A stretch of 63,434 nucleotides of DNA, the filler included, from Octopus bimaculoides (lineage: Eukaryota), in assembly GCF_001194135.2 (NCBI RefSeq). It is 5 parts of 5 records of this genome, joined end to end, with 100 filler letters (N's around TTAATTAATTAA, not from the genome) between each part and the next. Parts side by side here need not be neighbours in the genome. Positions count along the whole stretch, not along the records: positions 23,634 to 41,840 come from NC_069006.1; 4 more parts are not named here. One strand, given 5' to 3'. A program made the position numbers and the translations under genes. This document shows positions 24,575 to 37,261 of this stretch, one piece after another. Position 1 is the first letter of the stretch. Each line of letters starts with the position of its first letter. The notes under the pieces are model-generated. The model did no database searches. It was not told the origin of the DNA and was given only the letters and a program-made list of their open reading frames with translations.

Positions 24575-25055
24575 AATGTGTAAAAGACGGGCTACAACAA
24601 ATATTCTGTTCATGTCTTGGTGTAAAAGATGGGCTACAGCAAAAATTCTGCTCAATACCACAGATTTTCTTGTCAGTTGTTTGACCCCCAAACAGTTGAG
24701 CATGCCCCTTAATAGCTGATAATATGTGCATCCCTGATCACAAGGAGAAGTAGTGGAGAGGGATTCTTTAGAGTTTGAATAATTCACTCCTGGAAATGTG
24801 TTTCATTTAGCAACACTAAACAACCCTTATTCAGGGACCTTTTGAGCGGAATGGGCTACTTGACCTGAAGAAAATTCTAACTGGGCCCCACCTGCAAGGT
24901 CATGCGCTATTTATCTTGATATGAGATCACCATGTCGCGCACATATGGTTGTGCGCGACTGTGCCTGGTGTCATGACAGGTATATAGGGCTTCGTATGTT
25001 TGTACCCCAGTGTCACCTTGATGGCATGCACTGCTCTCTCATTTAATAATAATAA
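24575..25055 (+). repeat. Interspersed repeat 3' end with (AAT)n tail, probably LINE/SINE-derived
   Basis: Internal 34-bp duplication TGTAAAAGAYGGGCTACARCAAAWATTCTGYTCA (about 24579 and 24622); ends ATGGCATGCACTGCTCTCTCA then AAT repeats. Confidence 0.45.
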
Positions 25056-25261
25056 AAATAATGATTTATTTGCTACCACAGTGAAGGACCATGCAGTGGG
25101 AATGAACCTGGAACCATGTGGTTGGGAAGAAAGTTTCTTACCACACAGCCACTCCTGCACCTATTATTATAGTAATAATAATAATAATAATTCATTCTTT
25201 TATTGGCCACAAGGGCTAATATAAAGATACATTAAAGGACATAGTAATAATAATAATCTCT

Positions 25262-25645
25262 TACACGTTTCAGCCATCTGACTGTGGCCATGCTGGAGCA
25301 CCACCTTCAGTCGAAGAAACTGACCCCAGGATTTATTCTTTGTAAGCCTAGTACTTATTCTATCAGTCTCTTTTGCTAAACCGCTAAGTTTCGCGAACAT
25401 AAACACACCAACATCAGTTGTCAAGCGATGGGAGGGTGGGGGGAACAAACACACATAAATATATACACATGTATATATACATGAAGGGCTTCTTTCAGTT
25501 TCCATCAACCAAATCTACTCACAAGGATTTGGTCAGCCCGAGGCTATAGTAGAAGACACTTGCCCAAGGTGCCATGCAGTGGGAATGAACCTGGAACCAT
25601 GTGGTTGGGAAGAAAGCTTCTTACCACACAGCCACTCCTGCACCT
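25262..25645 (-). mobile_element. SINE family A, full length
   Basis: Colinear with 45462-45855 from head (CCACACAGCCACTCCTGCACC) to tail (GTTTCAGCCATCTGACTGTGGCCATGCTGGAG). Confidence 0.88.
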
Positions 25646-26588
25646 ATAATAATNNNNNNNNNNNNNNNNNNNNNNNNNNNNNNNNNNNNNNNNNNNNNNN
25701 NNNNNNNNNNNNNNNNNNNNNNNNNNNNNNNNNNNNNNNNNNNNNNNNNNNNNNNNNNNNNNNNNNNNNNNNNNNNNNNNNNNNNNNNNNNNNNNNNNNN
25801 NNNNNNNNNNNNNNNNNNNNNNNNNNNNNNNNNNNNNNNNNNNNNNNNNNNNNNNNNNNNNNNNNNNNNNNNNNNNNNNNNNNNNNNNNNNNNNNNNNNN
25901 NNNNNNNNNNNNNNNNNNNNNNNNNNNNNNNNNNNNNNNNNNNNNNNNNNNNNNNNNNNNNNNNNNNNNNNNNNNNNNNNNNNNNNNNNNNNNNNNNNNN
26001 NNNNNNNNNNNNNNNNNNNNNNNNNNNNNNNNNNNNNNNNNNNNNNNNNNNNNNNNNNNNNNNNNNNNNNNNNNNNNNNNNNNNNNNNNNNNNNNNNNNN
26101 NNNNNNNNNNNNNNNNNNNNNNNNNNNNNNNNNNNNNNNNNNNNNNNNNNNNNNNNNNNNNNNNNNNNNNNNNNNNNNNNNNNNNNNNNNNNNNNNNNNN
26201 NNNNNNNNNNNNNNNNNNNNNNNNNNNNNNNNNNNNNNNNNNNNNNNNNNNNNNNNNNNNNNNNNNNNNNNNNNNNNNNNNNNNNNNNNNNNNNNNNCTC
26301 TTGCCACTTTCTACACACCCAGGAATAATTCTCACAAGAAAACAATGAACAAAAGGGTTTGTGTGAGACTCGAGCAGAAAAATAACCATATATTATTATT
26401 GTTGTTGTTATTTTTATTATTTTTCTTTTGAGAGTGTGTGTGTGTGTGTGTGTGTGTGTTTAATTTATTGGTAAGCTGTCCAAAGGAAGCATGCCAAGGT
26501 TATAATTTCCGATGTGCTCCCCCCTGCCACCTTCTCCTCGTTTGTGCTTCCTCGTGATCTCCACAGGTTGCTGCTGCTGCTGCTGCTG

Positions 26589-26619
<31 letters not shown>

Positions 26620-27002
26620 TGTATGAAGTTGAAGAAAACAAAACCTAAGGTAAAAACATCTTTGATGATGATGATGATCATCATCATGATGACCATGATG
26701 ATGATGACGACAATTATGGTGATGACAATGAAAACAGTGATGATGATGATGATTTCTAATTTGGAAGAAGATGGAGTGATTGATTTTGCTGGTGTCCCAC
26801 CTCACACACCCAAGTACGCAACTGGTACCTCTTGGTATTGATCCAGAAAGGACTAAAGGCAAAGCTAACTACAGAAGTAAGTTGACCTCAAAACAAAAAC
26901 AAATAAAAAAAAAAACATCCAAAACAAATACCACAAGGTATTTTTTGTCTGGTATTCTAATGACTCTGCCACGTCAATGCCTTAATAATAACCTTTTCTA
27001 TT

Positions 27003-27452
27003 ATAGGCACAAGGCCTGAAATTGGGTGGGGAAAGGGGGGCAGTCGTTTAGATTGATTGCCAGTACTCAACTGGTGTACTTATTTTAACAACCCCGAAAA
27101 GATGAAAGGCAAAGTCAACCTTGGTGGGATTTGAACTCAGAATGTAAAGACGGATGAAATGCTGCTAAGCATCCTACCTGTTGTGCTAACGATTCTGCCA
27201 GCTCTTAGCAACAACAACAACAACAATAATAATAATAACAATAATAATAATGGTTCCAAATTTTGGCACAAGGCTAGTTATTTAGGGGGAGGAGTAAGTT
27301 GATTATACTGACCCCAGTCTTCAACTGGTACTGGTACTTATTTCACTGACCCATAAAGAATGAAAAGCAAAGTCAACCTCAGTAGAATTTGAACTCAGAA
27401 CATAAAGACAGACTAAGTATTTCGCCTAGTGTACTAATGATTCTACCAGCTC
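27003..27452 (-). mobile_element. Two tandem SINE family B copies (27003-27207, 27255-27452)
   Basis: Each has GAAAGGCAAAGTCAACCT...GAATTTGAACTCAGAA; separated by (AAC)/(AAT) repeats. Confidence 0.8.
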
Positions 27453-27746
27453 AAAGTATAGACTCAAGGCCAGCAGTGCAGAGCAGAAGCACCAAGATGT
27501 TACTTGGTAGCATCAATGATACTAAGCACTGCTCAAAGAAAGACCAATAAACTGGGCTGTAGGTGCCAACTGACAGCTGACGGAGGAAGTGTGTGTGTGT
27601 GTGTGTGTACAACACACACAATTTCACAAAAATACTGAGGTAGATATATACATATACGTATGTACATTTATATATGTATACACACACACAGACATATATA
27701 CATACATGTGTTCATACATAAGCTCACATTATACATAAATACCCTT

Positions 27747-27791
<45 letters not shown>

Positions 27792-28003
27792 GAGACATAT
27801 TTACACACAGTGTGTACATTAGATGGATGGATGGATAAAAAGACTGACACAATGAGACAGATGATAGACAGACAGACAGACAGATGGATGGAAGGATGCA
27901 TAAATACATGGCTACGTATATATAGACACACATCCGTCATACATGAACAAATGCGTACATATCTCTCTCTCACACTATATATATATATATATATATATAT
28001 ATT

Positions 28004-28500
28004 ACCTGGGCTGAGGTGGTGAGGCAAGACCTTCGAACATTGGGCCTCACCGAGGCGATGACTACTGACCGAGACCTTTGGAAATGTGCTGTGCGTGAGA
28101 AGACCCGGCAAGCCAAGTAAGATCGTTGCCAGTGCCCCTGGACTGGTTCTTGTGCGGGTGGCACATGAGATGCACCATTTTGAGCGTGGCCGTTGCCAGT
28201 ACTGCCTGACTGGCTCCCGTAGGATTTTCGAGCGAGATCGTTGCCAGTGCCCCTGGACTGGCTTGTGCAGGTGGCACATAAAAGACACCATTTCAAGCGT
28301 GGCCGTTTTCGTGCGGGTGACACGTAAAAGCACCCACTACACTCTCTGAGTGGTTGGCGTTAGGAAGGGCATCCAGCTGTAGAAACTCTGCCAAATTAGA
28401 CTGGAGCCTGGTGTTGCCATCCGGTTTCACCAGTCCTCAGTCAAATCGTCCAACCCATGCTAGCATGGAAAGCGGACGTTAAACGATGATGATGATGATA
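28004..28500 (+). mobile_element. RTE-clade LINE 3' end with (GAT)n tail
   Basis: 28004-28120 encodes TWAEVVRQDLRTLGLTEAMTTDRDLWKCAVREKTRQAK-stop (RTE ORF2 C-terminus); about 380-nt 3' UTR with internal duplication; ends GGACGTTAAACGATGATGATGATG. Confidence 0.85.
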
Positions 28501-28720
28501 TACATACACACACATATATTTACACAGGCATATACACGTATGCACTTTCAGACACACACACAAGGCAGATTCTTAATATAGGTAGAACAAGGTAGAAAAT
28601 AAATTCAATTAAGAACACAAACATATGTTGTTGGCCCCAAATAAACCTATTAACTCCATTGAAGTTAAATGAGTTGTTTCAAGACAACTACAACAACAAC
28701 AACATCATGGTTTGACATAC

Positions 28721-28852
28721 ATTAAGTATAAGAATAGCAGGAATTCATCAGCATCTCTGTCCGACAAGATTTTGAAAATTGTCCAAGCGGCATAGTCTTC
28801 TTGTTTTTCATGTTCCATCAAAAATGGAAATAAACATTTGTCTTCTAATAAG
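28721..28852 (-). CDS. Internal coding exon, unknown protein
   Basis: Acceptor AAATTTGTAG, donor AT|GTATGT, phase 2 to 2, 132 nt, LLEDKCLFPFLMEHEKQEDYAAWTIFKILSDRDADEFLLFLYL; unique, protein-like sequence. Confidence 0.6.
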
Positions 28853-28909
28853 CTACAAATTTTTCTATTCAAGGCAGAAGTTATTTGCCAAATTAATTAA
28901 AAAGTTATA

Positions 28910-29066
28910 GGCGCAGGAGTGGCTGTGTGGTAAGTAGCTTGCTTACCAACCACATGGTTCTGGGTTCATTCCCACTTTGTGGCACTTTGGGCAAGTGTCT
29001 TCTACTATAGCCTCAGGCAGATACACACACATACATATACACACATACATATACACACATACATAT

Positions 29067-29111
<45 letters not shown>

Positions 29112-29269
29112 TACTACAGGCTTCTTTCAGTTTACGTCTACCAAATCCACTCACAAGGCTTTGGTCAGCCCAAGGCTATAGTAGGAGACACTTGCCTAAG
29201 GTGCCACGTAGTGGGACTGAACCCGGAACCATGTGATTGGTAAGCAAGCTACTTACCACACAGCCACTC
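28910..29269. mobile_element. Inverted pair of SINE family A 5' halves (28910-29018 plus; 29109-29269 minus)
   Basis: GGCGCAGGAGTGGCTGTGTGGTAAGTAGCTTGCTTACCAACCACATGG and its reverse complement, separated by an AC/AT microsatellite. Confidence 0.85.
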
Positions 29270-29419
29270 GCTAACCAGAAATACATTTATCTATTCTTCT
29301 TTGTGTTTTTCAAATGTTATCTCAAGTGGAAACCTCTACAAAGATCAATCAATCAATCAACACCCAAACAAAGTACTCACTACTGTTTGCTTTTATGAAA
29401 CGGTGACCCTCCCCACAGC

Positions 29420-29462
<43 letters not shown>

Positions 29463-29595
29463 AGACCGTGCCACACATACATACACATCCCAGCATTTTC
29501 AGTATCATGCTACCTGCAAAAGTCTTCTGGTGCTTTCATACAAAATCTCTCATTTTTGGATTGTTTATGTTTCAATAAATTCTAAGTTAATCTTT

Positions 29596-29596
29596 G

Positions 29597-29631
<35 letters not shown>

Positions 29632-30012
29632 GTTGCTATCTTCATTGTCATTATCATCACCCTCATTACCACAACTATCAGTATCATCATCATCACCATC
29701 CTGAATGTCATCGTCATCATCGTCTTCATCATCATCATCATCAATATCCTCATCATTATCCCCATCATTTCCACAACTATTATCATCATCACAACTACCA
29801 TCATCATAATTACCACCAATATCATCATCATCATCACCATCATCATTACAACTATCATCATCACCATAATTACCACCACCACCACCATCATCATCATCAC
29901 CACCACCTCAACTGTTATAACCACTACCATCATCATCATCATCATCGTCGTCGTCATCATTTTATATTACATTATTTTTGTTGTTGTTGTTGTTCTTCTT
30001 CTTCTTCTTCTC
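29596..30012 (+). repeat. Compound trinucleotide repeat (CAT/CAC/GTT/CTT)
   Basis: About 400 bp of degenerate CAT units grading into GTT and CTT. Confidence 0.9.
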
Positions 30013-30014
30013 AG

Positions 30015-30114
30015 GTGAAGTGCAGTCTGGTAGGAAAGTACATATTCCAGGAAAAAGACACCTGATGAATATCGGAGATAAAACTACAACTGATCACAGC
30101 GTGGAACCGAAGAG
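30015..30114 (+). CDS. Candidate plus-strand exon
   Basis: Acceptor (CTT)nCTCAG, donor GAG|GTAAAT, phase 1 to 2, EVQSGRKVHIPGKRHLMNIGDKTTTDHSVEPK; the pyrimidine tract is a microsatellite, so chance is plausible. Confidence 0.25.
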
Positions 30115-30469
30115 GTAAATAGTGAAATATCGTCTCTAACGATGAGGTTAATTAGTTCAAAAAATAATATAATCTAATTAACAGAAACTCATCTCAGACA
30201 CTTAAACATATAATTATATTACTTTCTTGCTCTCTCTCTCTCTCTCCCTCTTTCCTTTAGTATGTACTTCAACACACACACACACACACACACACATGCA
30301 TGCATGCATGCACACACATACACAATCGTCATCACCATAATCATCACCATCTTCAACACCACTACTACCTTCAATATCATCGTCATAGAGTTTTACACCT
30401 GTTTTTTCCATGCTAGCATGGGTTGAATGAGACCCATTGAACTAGTCTTCTAATATTGTACAGCCAGCA

Positions 30470-30557
<88 letters not shown>

Positions 30558-30991
30558 AATATGGTACTATAAGAGTGTTGCCACTCTGACCAGAGAATCC
30601 TTTATAACCATATCTTTTATAGCCTTGTCCATGCATAATGCTTACACCTTCCCTTTCCTTAGAAGTGATTGTCCCTCATACTATTACNNNNNNNNNNNNN
30701 NNNNNNNNNNNNNNNNNNNNNNNNNNNNNNNNNNNNNNNNNNNNNNNNNNNNNNNNNNNNNNNNNNNNNNNNNNNNNNNNNNNNNNNNNNNNNNNNNNNN
30801 NNNNNNNNNNNNNNNNNNNNNNNNNNNNNNNNNNNNNNNNNNNNNNNNNNNNNNNNNNNNNNNNNNNNNNNNNNNNNNNNNNNNNNNNNNNNNNNNNNNN
30901 NNNNNNNNNNNNNNNNNNNNNNNNNNNNNNNNNNNNNNNNNNNNNNNNNNNNNNNNNNNNNNNNNNNNNNNNNNNNNNNNNNNNNNNNNNN

Positions 30992-31042
<51 letters not shown>

Positions 31043-31895
31043 TACAAAGGTTGCAATGGGTAAATTGCCGCCATTTTATACTTTTAATTTCATGCATGTG
31101 CATTGTTTGTTTTTGATTTTGTCGACTACACAGTATAGTAGGGTCAGTTGGAGAAAAACAACACCATGATGCAATTCACTTTTCCAGAAATTTGGAAACA
31201 ACATGCTCTGCTGCTTGGCATTCACACCAGAAGCTCCAATACAAACATTTCACAGTGTTTGAGTGTCAATCTAAGGACAGTGCTATCTGAGGACATGTAC
31301 CGAGAATGATAAAAATCAAACATCCTGCCACCATCACCGTGTTTGAAGTGATCACTAGTGATGTCTCCATTCATCTTACCACATGGCCTCAGACTCAACA
31401 CAGAGGCCTACATCAAGTGCCCGGAGGAGGTATGTTGCCTTGGGTCAAGAGGGTGGCTGCTCAAAGACCCTATGTCTGGCAACAGAACTCTGCACCATGC
31501 CACACAAACAGGAAAACCCAGTCATAGCTGTCAAAGAATTTCTGCAACCACATCACCCCTTACATCTTGCCACCTGACTCCCCAGACTGCAACCCCCTTG
31601 ATTATTATGTGTGGGGTGCAGTTGAGCAAGAAACCAACAACATTCCTTGTAACACCAAAGATGAACTGGAGGCAAGGATTATGGCAGCATTCACCAACTT
31701 AAACAAGGAGACTGTCCTGAAGAGTTGCAGGAGATTCCAAATTCGTCTGGAGGCTGTGGTTGAAGCGAATGGCGATTTTACTGAATAAATTTACTCTTTA
31801 TTATTTCAAGATATTTTAATGTCATTTTGGTAAATATATCTGTTAAAATGAGATGTCAGTGTTACTTTCCTTTTTGCATAATTTAGATGGCAGTT
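31043..31895 (+). mobile_element. Internally deleted maT/DD37D-like Tc1/mariner transposon
   Basis: N-terminal PEIWKQHALLLGIH fused to KHPATITVFEVITSD, HGLRLNTEAYIK, YVWQQNSAPCHT, PPDSPDCNPLDYYVWGAVE, CRRFQIRLEAVVEANG; imperfect TIRs (17/23 identity) ending at TA. Confidence 0.88.
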
Positions 31896-31979
31896 TATTC
31901 ACTGCACCCTGTGTATGTGTGTGTGAGTATGTGTACGTGTGTAGATATAAATATATAGATATATGTATGTGTATATTTA

Positions 31980-32084
31980 TATATATATATATATATATAT
32001 ATAGATATAGATATATAGATATAGATAGATAGATATAGATAGATAGATATAGATAGATAGATAGATATAGATAGATAGATAGAT

Positions 32085-32165
<81 letters not shown>
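31980..32165 (+). repeat. (AT)n/(ATAG)n/(ATATAG)n compound microsatellite
   Basis: Directly visible. Confidence 0.9.
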
Positions 32166-32166
<1 letters not shown>

Positions 32167-32544
32167 TGCATCTAATTGTTATATCTATTTGAGACCAATC
32201 TGACACATCTGATAATGTAACATTCTGTAAATGTCATCACAGCTGCTGTTATGAACACAGGGTGACCAGCTGACTAACCAGTGAACCTCTTGGTGCTTCT
32301 GTGTACAATTTAGGTGGAACAGAACAACTCGATGAATGACAGCAATGAAAGAAATAAAGCCACAAATGAGGAATTTGTCAAATTCTTTCATTGAAATTTT
32401 TCAGGTCTTATGTAAAAAATAAAAACAAAAAAATGCTTGAAAATAATTAAATGTAAATACAGAATTCTTCTCAAACATTTCAATTTTTGTTTTATTACTT
32501 TTAGTTTTTTTTAATATATATTTATTTTCCCTACATTAACAAAC

Positions 32545-33135
32545 ATGCAGGTGTGGATGTGTGGATGTGTGGATAAGGAGTTTGCTTTCAAACTGTGTGG
32601 TCCTGATTTCAGTTTCACTGCATGAAATCTTAGGGCTAGTGTCTTCTACAATAACCCCAGGTAGACCAAAACCATGTGAATGGATTTGGTGGGTGGAAAC
32701 TAAAAGTATATGTGTGTGTAAATATATATATACAGGCACAGGTGTAACTGTGTGGTAAGAAGCTTGCTTCCCAACCACATGGTTCTTGGTTCAGTCCCAC
32801 TGCATGGAACCTTGGGCAAGTGTCTTCTACTATAGCCTTGAGTTGACCAAATTGTTGTAAGTGGATTTGGTAGACGAAAAGTGAAAGAAGCCCATCATGT
32901 GTGTGTATTTATGTGTGTGTCTATGTTTGTCACCCCCACTTTTGCTTAACAACCAATGTTGGTGTGTTTATGTCCCCATAACTTAGCATTTTGGCAAAAG
33001 AGCCCAAAACAAAAAGTACTAAGCTTATTAAGAATAACCCCGGAGTTGATTTGTTCAACTAAAACCCCTTAAGGTGGTGCTGTGCTCCAGCATGGCCACA
33101 GTCAAATGACTGAAACAAATAAAAGAATAAAAGAA
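32545..33135 (+). mobile_element. Two tandem SINE family A copies (degenerate head 32545-32705; full copy 32735-33135)
   Basis: TGTGTGGTAAGAAGCTTGCTTCCCAACCACATGG...CTCCAGCATGGCCACAGTCAAATGACTGAAAC. Confidence 0.8.
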
Positions 33136-33811
33136 TATATATGTTTTGTGTTTGTGTGTTTAGCCTTGTCTAGACATCATATGATGGTTGTAAGCGAGCA
33201 TCCCCACCATACAAGAGGTGCTGTTTACTTCCAGTCTTCAGTTAAAAAATATCTTGTCAAAAGGAAATATTACCTTGCATGAAAGCAGGTGAGCGTTGAT
33301 GACAGGAAGGGCATCCACCCACAGAAAATCCTCCTCAATAAATTTTCCAAGCATGGAAAAGTGGGCGTTAAATAAATTTTCAATAAATTTCCAATAAATT
33401 TTCCAAGCATGGAAAAATGGGCATTAAACAATGGTGACGATAACAATGATAAGGAAATTAAGGCTGGTTACTGTTTCTGAGTCAGACTTAATATAAGTTC
33501 TGAGCCCGTAGGGATTACAACATGCAGATATTCAAGTGAACGTTTAGGTGTGACCCAAGGATCTGTTATTCAAATTATACAATATTCCTGTTAGTAGAAG
33601 ACTATACTAACACACTCTATCATGAAGTGATGCATTTTATGGAGCATAATTGGGACCTGACAGCTCTGCAGCTGGACTGATCCTGTTGAATTGTCCAACT
33701 TACACCAGTATAGAAAATAAATATTGCTATACTTGTAAAAAAAAAACATCCAGTCCACATTCTAAAGGGGTTGGCATTTGGAAGGGTATCCAGTTATAAA
33801 ACCTTTCTGTT

Positions 33812-34190
33812 ACAGGCACAAGGCCTGAAATTTGGTGGCCAGTCGATTAGATCAACCCCAGTACACAACTGGTACTTAATTCATCGACCCCGAAAGGATG
33901 AAAGGCAAAGTTGACCTTGGCGGAATTTGAACTCAGAACATAGCAGCATACGAAATATGTCCAGTTATAAAACAATGCCAAAACTGATCTCATCTGTGCT
34001 GGTGCCACGTAAAAAGCACTCAGCCCATTCTACAGAGTGGTTGGTGCCAGGAAGGGCATCCAGCTGTAAAAAACATGTCAAAACAGACACAAAAGTATGG
34101 TGCAGGCTTCTTGTCTGGCCGGCTTCTGTCAAACCATCCAACCCATGCCAGCATGGAAGGAGGGCGTTAAATGATGATGACGATGATGAT
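33812..34190. mobile_element. SINE family B (minus, 33812-33950) next to an RTE-tail repeat (plus, 33985-34190)
   Basis: Family B body; then GGAAGGGCATCCAGCTGTA...CCAACCCATGCCAGCATGGAA...GTTAAATGATGATG, matching the 3' end of 28004-28500. Confidence 0.8.
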
Positions 34191-35353
34191 GATTCAAAAA
34201 GTGAATGCTAAATGATGATGATGATGATGCTTAATGAAATAGTTTTCTAAATTTGATGAAGGACCCTAAATATGTCATTATATCTTTCCTCTTCCTCCTG
34301 GCAAAGAAATATCTAAAGGGGTTTGTCAGTCTGCTTGGTGGTCCCAGCTGGAGCTTCAGCCGTTGATATATCATGGTACAAGTGGGTGAATGTGAAAAGA
34401 GTGGGCACAAAAGAAGGGAAATATAGGGACAAAGGAAGAGATGAAGGGGGTCAGGAGAAAAGGGGCAAGATCAAAGTAGCCAGGTAGATTTGAGAAAATG
34501 TGAGGGGACGGTTAGAAGTGGGGAGTTGTAGGTGATGGAGTATAGATGGCAGACATTGGCAGGAGCATGAAGGATGGGGAATATCAATTTGGGGTGTAGG
34601 AGGAGGAAGTAAAAAAAGGAGGCGGTGAAGAGGAGGAGGAGCAGAGGGGGAGAGTAGAGGATGAGGGGGGGGGGAGGAGATGAAGGAGGAGATGAAGAGG
34701 AGATGAATGAGGAGATGAAGAGGAGATGAAGAGGAGATGAAAAGGAGATGAAGAGGGAGAGATGAGGAGGAGATAAGGANNNNNNNNNNNNNNNNNNNNN
34801 NNNNNNNNNNNNNNNNNNNNNNNNNNNNNNNNNNNNNNNNNNNNNNNNNNNNNNNNNNNNNNNNNNNNNNNNNNNNNNNNNNNNNNNNNNNNNNNNNNNN
34901 NNNNNNNNNNNNNNNNNNNNNNNNNNNNNNNNNNNNNNNNNNNNNNNNNNNNNNNNNNNNNNNNNNNNNNNNNNNNNNNNNNNNNNNNNNNNNNNNNNNN
35001 NNNNNNNNNNNNNNNNNNNNNNNNNNNNNNNNNNNNNNNNNNNNNNNNNNNNNNNNNNNNNNNNNNNNNNNNNNNNNNNNNNNNNNNNNNNNNNNNNNNN
35101 NNNNNNNNNNNNNGAGAAAGAGGAGGAGGAGAAGGAGGAGGAGGAGAAAGAGGAGGAGGAGAAAGAGGAGGAAGAGAAAGAGGAGGAAGAGAAAGAGGAG
35201 ATGATGATGATGAGGAGGAGGAGAAAGAGGAGATGATGATGATGAGGAGGAGGAGGTGATAATTTTGCAGCTTTAATAAAAGCATATTATTCTACCTTTG
35301 ATATTCAGCTACTGTTTTACCCCACTTTGCACTTATGTACTCACCTTTGTGTG

Positions 35354-35387
<34 letters not shown>

Positions 35388-36129
35388 CACGTATATAATG
35401 CAAATCTGTATGCAAATATACACATGCTCAATGTAAAAATGATGATGACAAATGATATGTTACGATCACACATAATCATAAGAGGAAAGATGTGTTTTAG
35501 AATGTGTGTGTGTGTGTGTGTGTGAATGAGGAGTGTGTGCATATGTGTGTAAAGGTATATGCATGTCTGAGCATGTGTGTGTGTGTATGTGTGTTGCTGT
35601 TGTGTATGTAGAGCTTCCACAACTGTTGAATGTGTGAAAGACGGGGGGGGGGAGATGCAAAATATATCAGATACAAAACACATGTAAAATTATTTAAAAA
35701 AAGATTATCTCATCATCTCCTCCCAATACCACCTCTCTCTCTCTCTCACTTCCTCTCCCTTTCTCTCCCTCCTCCTCTCCCTTTCTCTCTCTCACCAGAA
35801 CTACCCAGTAAAACAATGAATGAGATTTTTCTCACATACCATTTCAAAACGTTAGTCAGGTCCCCAACGTCACCACCACCCTGCGAAAAAAGTTATTTAC
35901 TCGTTAATTCTCACACGCACACACACACACACACCTCATCACCACNNNNNNNNNNNNNNNNNNNNNNNNNNNNNNNNNNNNNNNNNNNNNNNNNNNNNNN
36001 NNNNNNNNNNNNNNNNNNNNNNNNNNNNNNNNNNNCCATCCCAGCCAAAACTGCACAAACGTACAGACACACACACACACACACACACACACTTAGAAGC
36101 CTACATGCAGCTCCATATACATGTATATA

Positions 36130-36760
36130 GATTTATACACATATATTTACATAACGAAAACAAACTGATTTAAATACACAAATACAAATTTATATACACA
36201 CACAAAACAGATTGAGACATTACATACATACAAATGGATTTATACACATAAAAATTTGGTCTTATATACATACATAGTTTTATATACATACTTTTGTATA
36301 CACATAAACTGATTTAATTAGAAACACAAACAAATTTACAAGTTTTTATATATACACAGATACAGAAACATGCAGATAGATTTTTATATACACATACATT
36401 ACAGTTACACACAGTTTTATACACAAACTTATACACACCGCACAAACTTAATTACAAACATATGGATCAACTTATAAGCATAGTCACACATATATTTATA
36501 TACATACACAATATATTAATCATACACACTGACTTAGTCTTATACACATACTTATACATACACTGAAACAGACTTAATTACAAACACACAAATTTATATA
36601 TACACACATTTTCACATACAAACAGTTATATACACCATACAGACTCACACAAACAGGTATATTAATCACACACATACAAATAACATTGTATACATAACAC
36701 CGATTTAGTCTCTCACATGCATAAAGATTTCACATCTACATACAGACAGATTTACATACA
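36130..36760 (+). repeat. Aged A/C-rich low-complexity tract
   Basis: Recurrent TTATATACACATA / ACACACAAA motifs, very G-poor, no fixed period. Confidence 0.6.
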
Positions 36761-37261
36761 TATACCTGCACAAGGTGAATAAGTTATGGCCACCCAGAAG
36801 AGAGCAATCTATTCAAAAGAGGTCAAGCATTTTACATTCCTGCTTTGCTGGAAGGTTTGAGGAAAAAACAAGCATGAGGTGAGCTGCCATACAAGTTAAC
36901 CCTACAAGTAGTCCCTTTGATAGACTTGTTAGAAACAAGAATCAAATCTTACATAAAACCACACTGTACTCTCTTAAAGAAAATAGGACACATTACATGA
37001 GCATAGTTAAGATTTCAATATTAAACGAGGGATCTTTCAGTTATTAAAATGGATCTATATTGCCTCACTTCATTTCTTCACTCCTCTTTAAGGGCGGTTG
37101 AGAAAAATCTTGATGATCAACTGGCAAGACCATGTCACTAATAAGAAGATTTTGAGAAGGCCTGGCTCTCCATTAGTTACAACAAGTGTTCCAATTGATT
37201 TGATCAGCAGAACAGTCTGCACAGGTAGCAACTGTATGGAAAACAGTTTCTATCTACCATA

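Noticed and set aside
30056-30090. ACAC-CTGATGA...AAAAC, hammerhead-like
   Set aside because: No GAAA, no NUH triplet and no stem I complement.
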